64,000 nt of DNA, from the NCBI GenBank assembly GCA_044360075.1, contig JBIKLA010000011.1, positions 26,668-90,667 on the forward strand, written 5' to 3'. Under the pieces are notes generated by a model. The model saw only the letters and a list, made by a program, of their open reading frames with translations, had not been told where the DNA came from and did not search any database. Shown in pieces: positions 47,681 through 58,074 of the stretch (positions are counted from its first letter, which is position 1; the number at the start of each line of letters is the position of its first letter). Made by a program: the position numbers and the translations under genes. This DNA is from Bdellovibrionota bacterium. GTDB taxonomy: Bacteria > Bdellovibrionota_C > UBA2361 > OMII01.

Positions 47681-47943
47681 TGACCCCTATCGTTTAGGGT
47701 CGGCTGTTTTGGACAAACCTTAATAAACGGTGTCGCTATCCCGTATTCTGGTTCTAATACGTACGATGCCGCAAGAGGTCGATTCGATTAAATAAAATAG
47801 CCCGAGACAAACTCTCAGAGAACTCCTGGCGGTAAGTCCATAAGGTGCCTAAGAGTTTGAAGTGCGTTTCTAGTGGGCTGTGAGGGGGTCGGGGGTGTGG
47901 TAGGTTGAAGGGGATGGGAGAGCAGATGGGTCAACGGGAAGGC

Positions 47944-48624
47944 ATGTCCCGGCAGGTTGTTACCGTCGATGGGCTCGGCGCTTCGGGTAAGAGCGCCCTG
48001 GCGCGCCATTTGGCCGAGCGGCTCGGGTATGCACACCTCAATTCTGGCCTCCTATACCGCTCCGCTGGATTCCTTGCCCACCGCGCCGGAATCCCACTCG
48101 ATGACGGGACACGCATAGCTGCCGAGCTCAAGCAGCACTCTATCATCCTACAACACGACCCCGTTCTCGGAGCTATCGTCGTAATCAACGACAAACCCTA
48201 CGAGGCCGAGCTCATGGCCCGTGACATCTCTGAGGCAGCCTCCCAAGTTGCCAAGCACGCCCAGGTGCGCGAGCACTTCCTTGGAATTCAGCGCGACGCC
48301 TTTGCCCCCATGGGTGTCGTAGCCGAAGGGCGAGATATGGGAACGGTGGTTTTTCCTGAGGCCCCGGTTAAGTTTTTCGTCGAGGCTCGCCTCGATGTTC
48401 GAGCTAAGCGGAGATTCGAGCAGCTCCTCAGCAAGGGCCAAGCCGCAGACCTTGAGTCGATTAGCCATGAGCTAGCAGAGCGTGACAACCGGGACGCCAC
48501 ACGCTCAACGGCACCAATGAAGCCGGCCCAGGACGCTGTTATCATCGACAACTCGGACACGCCGCTCGAGCAGACCGTCGATCGCATGCTCGATATCGTC
48601 ACATCACACGCCAAGGGCAACTAG
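47944..48624 (+). CDS. cmk: cytidylate kinase
   Basis: P-loop VVTVDGLGASGKSA and Cmk-like body. The ORF track opens at 47905. Confidence 0.8.
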   Translation: MSRQVVTVDGLGASGKSALARHLAERLGYAHLNSGLLYRSAGFLAHRAGIPLDDGTRIAAELKQHSIILQHDPVLGAIVVINDKPYEAELMARDISEAASQVAKHAQVREHFLGIQRDAFAPMGVVAEGRDMGTVVFPEAPVKFFVEARLDVRAKRRFEQLLSKGQAADLESISHELAERDNRDATRSTAPMKPAQDAVIIDNSDTPLEQTVDRMLDIVTSHAKGN

Positions 48625-48646
48625 GCAGGAGCAAAAGCTGCAGCTC

Positions 48647-49735
48647 CTAGCGCGGCGCCTCGGCTCCCAAGTTGAGAACAAGCGCAACCGCCCCCATGAG
48701 CAGGTTGGCCATCCAGGCTGCGAGCATGGGTGGCAAAAGGTCGGCCCGACCCATCGAGATGCTGAAGGAGTTAACCGCGTAATAGGCAAAAGCGATGCAG
48801 AGCGCAGCGAGCGAGCTCTGAGCCATACTGCCAGAGCGCGCCGGCAGGAACGTGAAGGGAAGCACTATCATCGCCACAACAAACACAACAAGGGGCGAGG
48901 CGAGCTTGCCATACATGTCGGGCAGGTACTGCGAGGTTGAGACTCCGTTGTTGCGCTGCTTCTTGATAAAGTGTCGAATCTCGCGGTAACTCATCGTTGT
49001 CGGCTCATCCTTAAACTCGTAAAAGTCCTCCGGAGACTCGCCCACGATCAGCGGAATCTCCGCGAAGTGCTCAACCGTCACCGGCTGGGTATCAAAATGG
49101 TACCGGGTGGCATTCAAGAGGACCCAGCCGAGGTCCTTCGAAATCCAGTTCGCCCTCTCAGCGTCAGTGCGCTTTACCGCAACCCAACTGTCGTCGATCT
49201 CGAATTGAGAAAAATCGTGGAGACTGTTGGTGCTGGAGTTGAAGAGGTCCGTCGTAAAAAAGCTGTTGCCGTTCCTCCACCAGAAGTCCGACTGGTTGTA
49301 GTTGCCCTTCTTGTCCTTCTTGCGGATATCGAGGTTGTACAGCTTTTTTTGCTTGCGCTCAGCAGCCGGGACGATGTGCTCCCCAAGCACAAACGAGAAG
49401 GCAGAGAGGATCAGGCTCAGGACGACAAGGGGGCGCGCCAGCCAAAACAGGGTAAGGCCGCTGGCCCGCATCGCCGTTATCTCGGCGCTCTTTGAGAGCA
49501 GTCCAAAGGTGAAGAGGGTGGCAAACATGAGCGCTATCGGCAGCATGAGGGATACCATGAGCGGTATCTTGAAGATGAAGTATTGGATGACCAACCATAC
49601 CGAAGCCTTCTCTGACAGCACATTGTCGAGCCTGTCAAAGAAGTCGACCATCAGGAACAGAAACACGAACATGGCGAGGCAGATGAAGAAGTTCTTCACC
49701 AAGATCGACAGGATGTAACGGTGCAAGATCTTCAT
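48647..49735 (-). CDS. lptG: LPS export permease, LptF/LptG (YjgP/YjgQ) family (second of the pair, therefore probably LptG)
   Basis: MKILHRYIL... N-terminus typical of the family and a 6-TM layout. Overlaps the upstream paralogue by 1 nt. Confidence 0.7.
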   Translation of the reverse strand: MKILHRYILSILVKNFFICLAMFVFLFLMVDFFDRLDNVLSEKASVWLVIQYFIFKIPLMVSLMLPIALMFATLFTFGLLSKSAEITAMRASGLTLFWLARPLVVLSLILSAFSFVLGEHIVPAAERKQKKLYNLDIRKKDKKGNYNQSDFWWRNGNSFFTTDLFNSSTNSLHDFSQFEIDDSWVAVKRTDAERANWISKDLGWVLLNATRYHFDTQPVTVEHFAEIPLIVGESPEDFYEFKDEPTTMSYREIRHFIKKQRNNGVSTSQYLPDMYGKLASPLVVFVVAMIVLPFTFLPARSGSMAQSSLAALCIAFAYYAVNSFSISMGRADLLPPMLAAWMANLLMGAVALVLNLGAEAPR

Positions 49736-50976
49736 TATGCGTCCTCTCGACCGCGGAATCTCGCCCATCGGGAGGAAAGGGCCTCCTGCATCCCACCGGA
49801 CACCGACTGCCATTTCTCGCTCGTAATCTTGTACACAAGGAAGACCGCGATGCTAGTCGCCACCACATTGGGAGCCCATAGCGCTACCCCGACCTGGAGG
49901 TGCCCACTGTCCGCAAGCGCCACGCCTATTGAGAAGATAGAATAATAGATAATGAACACGACCAGGCCCAAGGTCGCCGCAAATCCCGCCCCCCAGGTGC
50001 GTTGGGTGCGAGGAGACATGATTCCAAGCGCCATGCCGATGAAGGCCATGATGGTTGAGGCTATTGGCAGGGAGACGCGCTGACCATACTCGATCTTCGC
50101 CCGGCGGTACTTCTTCTCAACCTCCGGCCGCGTGAGTGTCTCGCCGAACGCATCAAGCTCCTCCGAATCCGAGCCCCTGAGAATAGCCTTGTACTCCTGA
50201 ATGGCCGAGCGCAGGCGCGACATACCAAGCTCCCTCACCGCTAGCCCCTTGCGGGTCTCGCTCTTTATTTCATTCGGGTCGACCGTCAGGCTGTTTGAGT
50301 TGAACTCAGTCCGGGAATACCGGCCATCGAGGGTCTCGTGCGCCACCCCATCTGCCAAGAGGAGAGATATGGTGCGACTTGAGTCGTCCGCAACGATCTT
50401 GCCCCGCTTTGCAATCACGACCTTGCGCTGCTCATCATCGCGCTTGTCATCGACGAGCACGCGTGTCAGCTCCCCCGTCTGATAATTGACCGTGTCGGCG
50501 TAGAGGGTAATCTCGCCGAGCTTGTTGAAAACACCCTCTGTTAGTCCCGACACGCTCTTCGAGCGGGCTATCTCGAAGAGAGCTCGCGAGAGGCTGTCAA
50601 AACCCCAGGGTCGTAGGATGCAAGACACAATCAGGCCGATTACGCCGATAGAGATCCCAAACACCGCTATCGGCTTGAGGAAGCTCGCAAGGCTCACTCC
50701 GCTTGCCCGCATGACCACGATCTCCGAGTCGCCGCACATGCGTGCGAAGGCTAGCATCACGCCCAAAAGGGTGGACATCGGTAGTGCAAGCTCCAAGAAG
50801 GTCGGAACGATTGAGACAAAGACCTTCGCTATCTGAGATATCTCAACTCCGCGGTTGATGATGAGCGACGTAAGCTGCAGCATGCGCAGCGTCAGGAGCA
50901 GCCCGGTGAATGCAGCCAGGCTGATGCCAAAAAACGAGACGATCTCGAACAAGACGTAGCGCGAAAGGATTTTCAC
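49735..50976 (-). CDS. lptF: LPS export permease, LptF/LptG family (first of the pair, therefore probably LptF)
   Basis: MKILSRYVLFEIV... and the conserved RASGVSL motif. Confidence 0.7.
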   Translation of the reverse strand: MKILSRYVLFEIVSFFGISLAAFTGLLLTLRMLQLTSLIINRGVEISQIAKVFVSIVPTFLELALPMSTLLGVMLAFARMCGDSEIVVMRASGVSLASFLKPIAVFGISIGVIGLIVSCILRPWGFDSLSRALFEIARSKSVSGLTEGVFNKLGEITLYADTVNYQTGELTRVLVDDKRDDEQRKVVIAKRGKIVADDSSRTISLLLADGVAHETLDGRYSRTEFNSNSLTVDPNEIKSETRKGLAVRELGMSRLRSAIQEYKAILRGSDSEELDAFGETLTRPEVEKKYRRAKIEYGQRVSLPIASTIMAFIGMALGIMSPRTQRTWGAGFAATLGLVVFIIYYSIFSIGVALADSGHLQVGVALWAPNVVATSIAVFLVYKITSEKWQSVSGGMQEALSSRWARFRGREDA

Positions 50977-51109
50977 GAACTGACCCTATGCATCTCCAGC
51001 AAGCGGCACAACGGTGCCGACCCAAGAATAGCCGTTTGCTGCACATGGCACACCTGGCACAAGGAACAAAAAAGGACCCCGGAGGGTCCTTTTTTGGCTT
51101 TACTGAGCC

Positions 51110-51478
51110 CTACATCAGCCCAGGTCCCTTTTTGAGGCGAGCCTCGTCCTTACGCTGCTTCTTGCGCGCCTCCTTCACCTTGCGCTTGCGGCGCTCCGAA
51201 GGCTTCTCGAAATAGCGGCGTGCCTTGAGCTCCTTGAAGAGCCCTTCCTTGATAAGCTTACGCTTGAGGATCTTCATCGCCTTTTCGATGTTATGGGATA
51301 CGGCTACTTCCATCGGGCCGGTCCGCGCGCGATCGTCGCCATGCGAGGACGAATGACGCGGCTCACGGGAGCGGGGAGCCTCTGAAACAGCACCCTCGCG
51401 GCTCTCACCTTCCGAACCACGCGTAGCGCCTTCAGGCTTCTCAGTGTTAACTTCTTCGTTCATAGCTCCCACTACCAT
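51110..51478 (-). CDS. rpsU: 30S ribosomal protein S21, possibly with a 55-aa acidic N-terminal extension
   Basis: C-terminal 68 aa is canonical S21 (MEVAVSHNIEKAMKILKRKLIKEGLFKELKARRYFEKPSERRKRK...). The in-frame upstream ATGs at 51478 and 51463 have GGA/GGGAG-like ribosome-binding sites, so the extension may be translated. Confidence 0.75.
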   Translation of the reverse strand: MVVGAMNEEVNTEKPEGATRGSEGESREGAVSEAPRSREPRHSSSHGDDRARTGPMEVAVSHNIEKAMKILKRKLIKEGLFKELKARRYFEKPSERRKRKVKEARKKQRKDEARLKKGPGLM

Positions 51479-51743
51479 TCCTTTTCCGTTTCGATATCTC
51501 TTCCGTTTCGGTATCCGCTAACGCTGGCGCCGGCCCGATTACCTCAGGCGTATCGCAACCCGTTCGTCTCGGCGACCTTCCCGACAAGCTGCCCGGGCCT
51601 AAACCCTTTTCTGGCGCTCTCTTTAGGAGACGAGGTTGTAGCAAAGGACGAGGGAACATGTAAAGAGATCGCGCTGTTGAGTCGTCAAGCCGCCATATTA
51701 TCGCTGCCAGCGCGATACAAGCAGATATAGTTATTACAAGTAC

Positions 51744-52691
51744 TTACGCTGTCTGCAGACGAAAAATGGTTACCTCGGGCGGACAATTCAACCGGAAGGG
51801 CACCCCAACGACCCCCAGCCCACGCGAGGTGTAGACCTGTTTACCTGACACCTCAACCATGCCCGAGACGAATCGCCGGTCGTTAACCGGCGCGGCCAGC
51901 CCGGTCATCCCCGGAAGGCAGATCTGCCCACCATGCGTATGGCCACACATCGCAAAACTAAACGCAGGGGTCTCCTGGCGCAGAAGCGCCGACACATAGT
52001 CCGGGTTGTGGCTCACCACAACCCGGCAGATCCTTTTCGGCACCTGCGGCACCGCCGGCAGCTCTCTCGGAATTCCGGTGAGGAAATCATCAGAGCCAAA
52101 CACCAAGAGCTGCTGCTCGCCGCGAACGATCGAGATCTCCTCATTTACGAGGACGCGAATGCCGGGGTGGGCATTGAAAGCCTTCCAGAAAAGGTCGATT
52201 GAGTTCCATCGCTCGTGGTTGCCAATCACAGCGACAACTCCATCGCGGGGGCGATACGTGGAGAGGAGCTCAGCCGCATCCGCAAACAGGAACGGTATCG
52301 AGTCAGAGACATCCATGCCGGCATAGCGCGGATTACGCACCCAACCCAGCATTGGCCAGAGAGGGTTCTCTGTCGCAAGGATGTAGTCTCCTCCGAGCAC
52401 CAAGAGGTCTGGCTTATGGGCCCGTATTCGGTCCAGTCCCGAAACGACCCACTCCGTGGGCACCCAGATACCAAGGTGGATGTCCGTGAAGAAGCCGATG
52501 GTGTAGCCATCAAAGGCCGCCGGCAGGTTCGGTATTGGCACCGTCACCACCTCCTCGCGAATCTGCCCAGCAGAGGCGTCAAGGCCCATCTCGCGGTAGC
52601 TCGACGCAAGCGCGGCACCGCCCAGCGCCAGCCCTGCGCCCGCGAGAAAGGCCCGGCGGCTTACCATTCGTTGAGTGCGCGGTCCGTTCAC
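51744..52691 (-). CDS. Tat-exported calcineurin-like metallophosphoesterase
   Basis: Twin-arginine signal (RRAFLAGAGLALGGAA) and phosphoesterase metal motifs (GDYI, GNHE, GHTH). Confidence 0.75.
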   Translation of the reverse strand: MNGPRTQRMVSRRAFLAGAGLALGGAALASSYREMGLDASAGQIREEVVTVPIPNLPAAFDGYTIGFFTDIHLGIWVPTEWVVSGLDRIRAHKPDLLVLGGDYILATENPLWPMLGWVRNPRYAGMDVSDSIPFLFADAAELLSTYRPRDGVVAVIGNHERWNSIDLFWKAFNAHPGIRVLVNEEISIVRGEQQLLVFGSDDFLTGIPRELPAVPQVPKRICRVVVSHNPDYVSALLRQETPAFSFAMCGHTHGGQICLPGMTGLAAPVNDRRFVSGMVEVSGKQVYTSRGLGVVGVPFRLNCPPEVTIFRLQTA

Positions 52692-52701
52692 AACTCCCTT
52701 C

Positions 52702-53226
52702 CTACCGAGAGCGAAGGGCTACCGCCCTGCGCGCGGCCGCGAGCTCACCCCGCTGCCGCTGCCAGAATCGGCGCGTCCTGTTGCTTCGAACCGCCATCGC
52801 CCAGCCACCCGACGCTATCCATGCGTGGAGCGCCCCGATGTCGGGATGGCGCTGCTCTAACTCCCGGAATTCAGCACCGTGCCACTGCCGCTTGCCGGCC
52901 CGCGATCGTGATACATCACGATCAATCACCGCGTGACACAGCTCATGGTACAGCACAGGCCCGATCCAGCGAACCGCGGCCGGCTCAAAGAGCTCGCGCG
53001 CAACCACGACCCGGCGCTCATGAATGTTGCAGGAAGCCAGCACTCGCTTCTGGGAGCGGTTGCTCCACACCACCCGGTAGCCATCCAGCTCGTGCCTCTC
53101 GGGAAAAAACTCCCTGCGCAGGCCGCACCACACCTCATAGAGAAAAGGATCGCTCTGCGGCTCCTTGCGACAAGGGGCCCGGCGGGGGGCGAGGAGAAGC
53201 TCTATTTGCCTTACGATCTTTCGCAT
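52702..53226 (-). CDS. SprT-like zinc-metalloprotease domain protein
   Basis: SprT motif with HExxH (YHELCHAV) and a downstream Cys/His cluster. Confidence 0.6.
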   Translation of the reverse strand: MRKIVRQIELLLAPRRAPCRKEPQSDPFLYEVWCGLRREFFPERHELDGYRVVWSNRSQKRVLASCNIHERRVVVARELFEPAAVRWIGPVLYHELCHAVIDRDVSRSRAGKRQWHGAEFRELEQRHPDIGALHAWIASGGWAMAVRSNRTRRFWQRQRGELAAARRAVALRSR

Positions 53227-53234
53227 GCAGCAGC

Positions 53235-53867
53235 CTAAGAGAGATCGTCATCCTTAAGGTCTATGAAAATGAGCCCTGCCGCAAAATCGAGCAGCTCATC
53301 GAAGCATATTCCTGCGTACGCGCCGGCAACGAGGAGGTCCGCGCCCAGCCCAACCTCTGCGGGGCACACCTTGCGGTCCGATGAGTCGACGTACAGCGGG
53401 CCGATTCCGAATTCATTGGAGGTCTCAAGGAGAAATGGTGCTCGCCTCCCAAAGTCACCAACCCGAACGGACATCGGCAGCATCTCGCGCACACCCGCCT
53501 CACCATACTCAGTGACCCGAACCACGGCACCAAATGATGGCCCCACCCCAACGTCGACGCGAAACACGTCGACCAGGTCAAGCACGCGGTTCGGAATATA
53601 GAGAAGGACCTGGGACCACCAGGGAGAGTTGTTGCCAACCTGCACTGATGGCAGATCCACCCAAGGAGCCTTCGGGCTGGCTGGAACGAGATCGATCATC
53701 GGCACCGGAATCGGGACCGGAACAACAACCTGGGCGCTCGCCGCAGCCGCCATCGGGCCGAGAAGGCTTGCTGCGCAAAAAAGAGCGAGGAGGATGCGCT
53801 TCATGTCCCAAACGCTATCACCCTCCACAGATGAGGGGTATCGCTTTTTTTTCGGGAGCGGCTGCAT
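53235..53867 (-). CDS. secreted hypothetical protein
   Basis: Signal peptide MKRILLALFCAASLLGPMAAAASA at the internal ATG (53804). Confidence 0.45.
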   Translation of the reverse strand: MQPLPKKKRYPSSVEGDSVWDMKRILLALFCAASLLGPMAAAASAQVVVPVPIPVPMIDLVPASPKAPWVDLPSVQVGNNSPWWSQVLLYIPNRVLDLVDVFRVDVGVGPSFGAVVRVTEYGEAGVREMLPMSVRVGDFGRRAPFLLETSNEFGIGPLYVDSSDRKVCPAEVGLGADLLVAGAYAGICFDELLDFAAGLIFIDLKDDDLS

Positions 53868-55142
53868 TTACGCGCGCTCTATACGCGCCACAAGCTCGCT
53901 GTGGTAGGTCTGAGGAAACATGTCGAGCACCTTGACGCTCAGCAGCCGGTAGCCCCGCTCCATGAGCGCCTGCACATCTCGGGCAAAGGTCGGAGGGTAG
54001 CAGCTCACGTACAAAAGATGCGGCGAAGCCTGCGCGGAGAGCCTCTGGCACACCTCTAGGGCGCCGCCGCGCGGAGGATCAAGCACAACGGTCTCGTCCG
54101 GGGTGAAGCTCTCAACCCACTTCTCACAGCTCTTGGTGTGAAACATCAGCCGCTCAGACAACCCAGCCTGCTCCGCGCGCACTTTTCCAAAAGCCACGAG
54201 CGCCGGGTCGACCTCGACCGCCGTGACAACATGCCCCGCCTCAGCGAGGGGAATCGATATGTTGCCAGCGCCAGCGTACAGGTCGGTGACCTTTTCGGTG
54301 GTAACATGCTGCTTGAGAAACTCAATCATGGCGTCGTTGGCGAGCTCATTGTTCTGGGAGAAATGGCCCACCGGAGGCGCGTCCGAAAGCTTCTCGCCTG
54401 GCCGATAGATCGTCCGGTGCCTGAAGTTAACCTGCAGGTTTGGTATCCGGTGTTCAAGCTGGCGAAAAGCCTCTTTCGGAAGGAGCGTTTCCAGGGCAGT
54501 GAAATTTCGCGGATGCGCCTCAAGCGCGAGGTACACCGTGCCGCCGTGGTCCTCAACTGTCACCGTCTCGATCTCCGGCGCGCACTCCTTGAGTAGCGCG
54601 AGGTTCTCTCCCAAGAACGAGTTAATAGTGTCGGTGGATATGGGGCAGTGAGAGAGCTCAACGATCGAGCGGCCATTCTTACGGTAAAGCCCGAACTCCC
54701 TCTTCTTGTTGATGTGAAACGACATGCGCCGCCGGTATGAGAATCCGGGGAGATCCGGCGCCAGCAGCGAGACCCCATCTTGAGCCTGAACGCCCCCGTG
54801 GACGAGGAGCAGATCCTCCACCATCTTCGCCTTGAGCAGGCGCTGCTCATGGAGCTCAATGTGCTGCAGGTCGCACCCGCCGCAGCTGCCGAACACAGGA
54901 CAGTTCGCCGTCCGCCGGGCGGCCGAGGCGCGCTGGATAGAAACGAGCTCACCCTCCACGAACGAGCGCTTATTGCGGGTGATGCGGGCTTCGACCAGCT
55001 CGCCGGGGGCGGTAAACGGGATGAATGCCTTCTTGCCCGCGTACTCCTCGGGACTTTGGATGGTGCCGACGCACGAACCTCCTGAAGCGAGGGCTGTCAT
55101 CTCTACGGTGAGCACGGGAGGCGTCTGGGATTCGGTCGGCAT
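53868..55142 (-). CDS. rlmD: 23S rRNA (uracil-5)-methyltransferase RlmD/RumA-type (TRAM, Fe-S and methyltransferase domains)
   Basis: TRAM domain at the N-terminus, four-Cys cluster (CPVFGSCGGCDLQH), and SAM-binding VTDLYAGAGNI. Confidence 0.8.
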   Translation of the reverse strand: MPTESQTPPVLTVEMTALASGGSCVGTIQSPEEYAGKKAFIPFTAPGELVEARITRNKRSFVEGELVSIQRASAARRTANCPVFGSCGGCDLQHIELHEQRLLKAKMVEDLLLVHGGVQAQDGVSLLAPDLPGFSYRRRMSFHINKKREFGLYRKNGRSIVELSHCPISTDTINSFLGENLALLKECAPEIETVTVEDHGGTVYLALEAHPRNFTALETLLPKEAFRQLEHRIPNLQVNFRHRTIYRPGEKLSDAPPVGHFSQNNELANDAMIEFLKQHVTTEKVTDLYAGAGNISIPLAEAGHVVTAVEVDPALVAFGKVRAEQAGLSERLMFHTKSCEKWVESFTPDETVVLDPPRGGALEVCQRLSAQASPHLLYVSCYPPTFARDVQALMERGYRLLSVKVLDMFPQTYHSELVARIERA

Positions 55143-55189
55143 AGGGGCGGAATGGTACCACGCCTTGCCACGTTTAGGAACGAGAGGAG

Positions 55190-56173
55190 CTAGCGGCCCG
55201 GAAGGGCCTTCACAAGCCTATCGATACGCGCTAACGCATCTTCGTAGGCTGACGCAGCGAGCCGCGAGCAGCCCCTGAGCGACTCGCACGCTTCTCCGTT
55301 TCCTTGGGCAGCATAGAACGACGCAGCATCCCGCACGAGCTTCTTGAAGAAGAGCGATCGCTTCGTGTGATCCTGCGCAAGCTCCCCAGCCGCGCCTTGC
55401 CGCGCACACGAAGCGACGATGTCGGGTGCCGCATGAAAGTACCACAGCGAATAGCGGGAGAAGGGCGAGGTATCGAGTCCGGCAAAACGCATCGCTTCGA
55501 GCGGCTGAAGGTTTCCAGCAGCAAGGTAGTCACTCACCACGCGGAACCCCTTTTCGAGGGCATCCTGAAGCATGCTTTCATCTCGGGATGCCGGCTGGGC
55601 GATGCCACGGGCGAACTCAAGCCACGTCAGCTCATTTCTCGCCACCTTGTTTCGCTTCGCGAAATCCTCCGACAGGACTACCGTCCACGGCTGCGTTGCG
55701 TAGGAGAGTGCCTGCGGGAGGTGCTCGTCCGCGCTCTGGAAGAGCCCCACCTCAGGCGCTACTTCGAGCAAGAGCTGCTGGTACCTGTTCGGCTCCGCAA
55801 CGGACATGATGGCGCGCCGTGACATCACATTTGAGCTATACGCATCGCGCAACCTGAGAAAGTAAGCCCCAAGGGGCGCAGCGATCTTCTCTTCGGGTAG
55901 CTTGTCGCGGCTGAAAAAGCTGCCTGCACTGCGCTCCGTTTCATTCCGTTGTCCCAGTGACGACCTCAGCGCCTCACGCGCTTCGCGATCAGGAAAGTGA
56001 ATAATGCCACAGGCAAACAGGAATGCCTGACGCGAGAGAACTATGTGGCCCGGAGACACCTCATGGCCAAGACCGCTCTTGGCGAAAGATTCGCGAGGAA
56101 GGACCCCCTCTCTCGCGGTGGGTGTGACTGGGCGTGGGGGATTGTTGGGTTCGGGTGATAACATACAGCTCAC
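55190..56173 (-). CDS. hypothetical protein (327 aa)
   Basis: Long ORF with consistent composition and no recognisable motif. Confidence 0.4.
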   Translation of the reverse strand: MSCMLSPEPNNPPRPVTPTAREGVLPRESFAKSGLGHEVSPGHIVLSRQAFLFACGIIHFPDREAREALRSSLGQRNETERSAGSFFSRDKLPEEKIAAPLGAYFLRLRDAYSSNVMSRRAIMSVAEPNRYQQLLLEVAPEVGLFQSADEHLPQALSYATQPWTVVLSEDFAKRNKVARNELTWLEFARGIAQPASRDESMLQDALEKGFRVVSDYLAAGNLQPLEAMRFAGLDTSPFSRYSLWYFHAAPDIVASCARQGAAGELAQDHTKRSLFFKKLVRDAASFYAAQGNGEACESLRGCSRLAASAYEDALARIDRLVKALPGR

Positions 56174-56250
56174 TAGCGGAAGAAGAGTATAGCGCCGCCA
56201 ACGGAATTAGTTAAGACAACCAAAGGCCAATGTAATGAACGCTTTAGGCC

Positions 56251-56697
56251 CTACGCTAAAAACACATCGGTTTCGCCAGGATTCCTGTCGTTCAGCCGGA
56301 AAGCCCTCACAACTGGCAGCCGGCCAAGAAGCTCATGCACCGCCGCTTGCACCCGGCCCGTGCCAAAGCCGTGCGTGATCTTCGCTTGTGCGCCTCCCGA
56401 GAGGATGACCCTGTTTAGATACTCCTCAACGGCGCGCGTCGCCTCGCCGACCGTCATTCCGTGCAGATCGAGCCGGGTAGGGGGCCGCGCTGACGGCTGC
56501 GCGAGAACCTTCACCTTCACAGGTGGCTCAGCTCTCGCCATCTCAGCAGGCGAGACCTGATCCACCGAACACACGATGGAAATCGAGCCCACTGCAACCC
56601 GCACCTTGCCGTCGGCAAATACCTTCTCCACAACACCGCGCTTTCGCAGCGAGGCGACGATCACCGCATCGCCCTCCTGGACTGGCCGCCCGCTCAT
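56251..56697 (-). CDS. Smr-domain protein
   Basis: Smr signature LDLHGMTVGEA...ITHGFGTG in the C-terminal half. Confidence 0.65.
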   Translation of the reverse strand: MSGRPVQEGDAVIVASLRKRGVVEKVFADGKVRVAVGSISIVCSVDQVSPAEMARAEPPVKVKVLAQPSARPPTRLDLHGMTVGEATRAVEEYLNRVILSGGAQAKITHGFGTGRVQAAVHELLGRLPVVRAFRLNDRNPGETDVFLA

Positions 56698-56709
56698 GCA
56701 CCCGCCCGA

Positions 56710-58074
56710 TTACCCTTCAACGCGAACGAGGTGATACTTCTTCTTTCCGCTGCGAAGCACAAGAAAACCATTCTCCACCACCTTCGTGTCTCGAATACGG
56801 AGCGTCTCGTCTGAAACGCGCTGATTGTCGAGGTAGATGCCACCGCCCTGGATGAGGCGCCGCGCCTCGCCCTTCGACTTGGCCAAAGTTGCGGCGAGGA
56901 GCGAGAGGATATCAAGTTCCTGAACCTCACTCATCGATAGCGTCGTTGTTGGGGCATCCGCGAAGAGCTCCGAAAGCTGATCTTTCGAGAGCCCCTCAAG
57001 CGAGCCCCCCCCGAAGAGCGCCCCTGCCGAGCGTTTTGCCTCCGCGGTCGCCTCGGCGCCATGAACGAGAGTGCAGACCGCATCCGCAAGGACGCGCTGC
57101 GCCTCACGCTGCTCAGGGTGCGCCTTAACCTGCTGCTCAAGCTGCTCGATGCGCTCACGGCTCTCGAACGTAAAGACCTTGAGCATCCGGATTACGTCCG
57201 TATCCGGCACGTTAAGCCAGAACTGGTGGAACGTGTAGGCGCTTGTCATCTCTGCGTTGAGCCACACGGCGTTGCCCTCGCTCTTGCCGAACTTGCGCCC
57301 CTCGGAGTTTGTGACGAGGGGGAAGCACAGCGCGTACGCCTCCTGGCTCAGCTTCCTGCGGATAAGCTCGAGGCCCGCCGTCAGGTTGCCCCACTGGTCC
57401 GAGCCTCCGATCTGAAGCTTGCAGTTGTGCTTCTGGTACAGGTGCAGGAAGTCAAAGGCCTGAAGAAGCATGTAGCTGAACTCAGTGTACGAAATGCCGT
57501 CACCGGAGAGCCTGCTCTTAACGGTCTCTTTGGCGATCATGTAATTGACAGTGAAGTGCTTCCCGATGTCGCGCAGGAAGTGGAGCATCGTGACGTCCTT
57601 AAGCCACGAGATGTTATTGACGAACGCCGGCGTTACATCACAGCCTGCACGCTGCCACAAAAGCTTTGCCTGCTCCTCCTGGAGCCTGGTGTTTGTGGCG
57701 ACCTGCTCTAGCTCAAGCAGATTTCGCTCGGCACTCTTGCCGCCCGGGTCGCCGATCATGCCCGTCGCTCCACCGAAGAGAAGTATCGGCTTGAGGCCAG
57801 CTTTGGTGAGGTGGATGCTCACAATGAGAGGCACGAGATTCCCCACCTGAAGGGATGGAGCCGTTGGATCAAACCCGACGTAGAAGCTGTCCCCTGGCTT
57901 TACCTTTGAGAGAGCCTCGGGATCCGATAGATCCTGAATGAGCCCGCGCCACTGCAATTCTTCTAAAAGGTTCATATCGCTCGCACTTGTAGATTTTTGC
58001 GTAAGGTCAAACATTTGATAGCATACGCCGCCACCCTTTAACACTGTCATCCCACATGAAAGCTTCGATCCCAA
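56710..58074 (-). CDS. tyrS: tyrosine--tRNA ligase
   Basis: HIGH-type motif (GFDPTAPSLQVGNL), KMSKS-type motif (KFGKSEGN), and C-terminal S4 domain. The start is probably MFDLTQ (58014). Confidence 0.9.
   Translation of the reverse strand: MGSKLSCGMTVLKGGGVCYQMFDLTQKSTSASDMNLLEELQWRGLIQDLSDPEALSKVKPGDSFYVGFDPTAPSLQVGNLVPLIVSIHLTKAGLKPILLFGGATGMIGDPGGKSAERNLLELEQVATNTRLQEEQAKLLWQRAGCDVTPAFVNNISWLKDVTMLHFLRDIGKHFTVNYMIAKETVKSRLSGDGISYTEFSYMLLQAFDFLHLYQKHNCKLQIGGSDQWGNLTAGLELIRRKLSQEAYALCFPLVTNSEGRKFGKSEGNAVWLNAEMTSAYTFHQFWLNVPDTDVIRMLKVFTFESRERIEQLEQQVKAHPEQREAQRVLADAVCTLVHGAEATAEAKRSAGALFGGGSLEGLSKDQLSELFADAPTTTLSMSEVQELDILSLLAATLAKSKGEARRLIQGGGIYLDNQRVSDETLRIRDTKVVENGFLVLRSGKKKYHLVRVEG

Noticed and set aside
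47681-47904. Hairpin GACCCCTATCGTTTAGGGTC and AT-rich spacer between the patatin gene and cmk, considered as a mobile-element scar or ncRNA
   Set aside because: It is most simply read as a terminator for the upstream patatin gene plus the cmk promoter and 5'-UTR. No direct repeats or integrase/transposase genes lie nearby.
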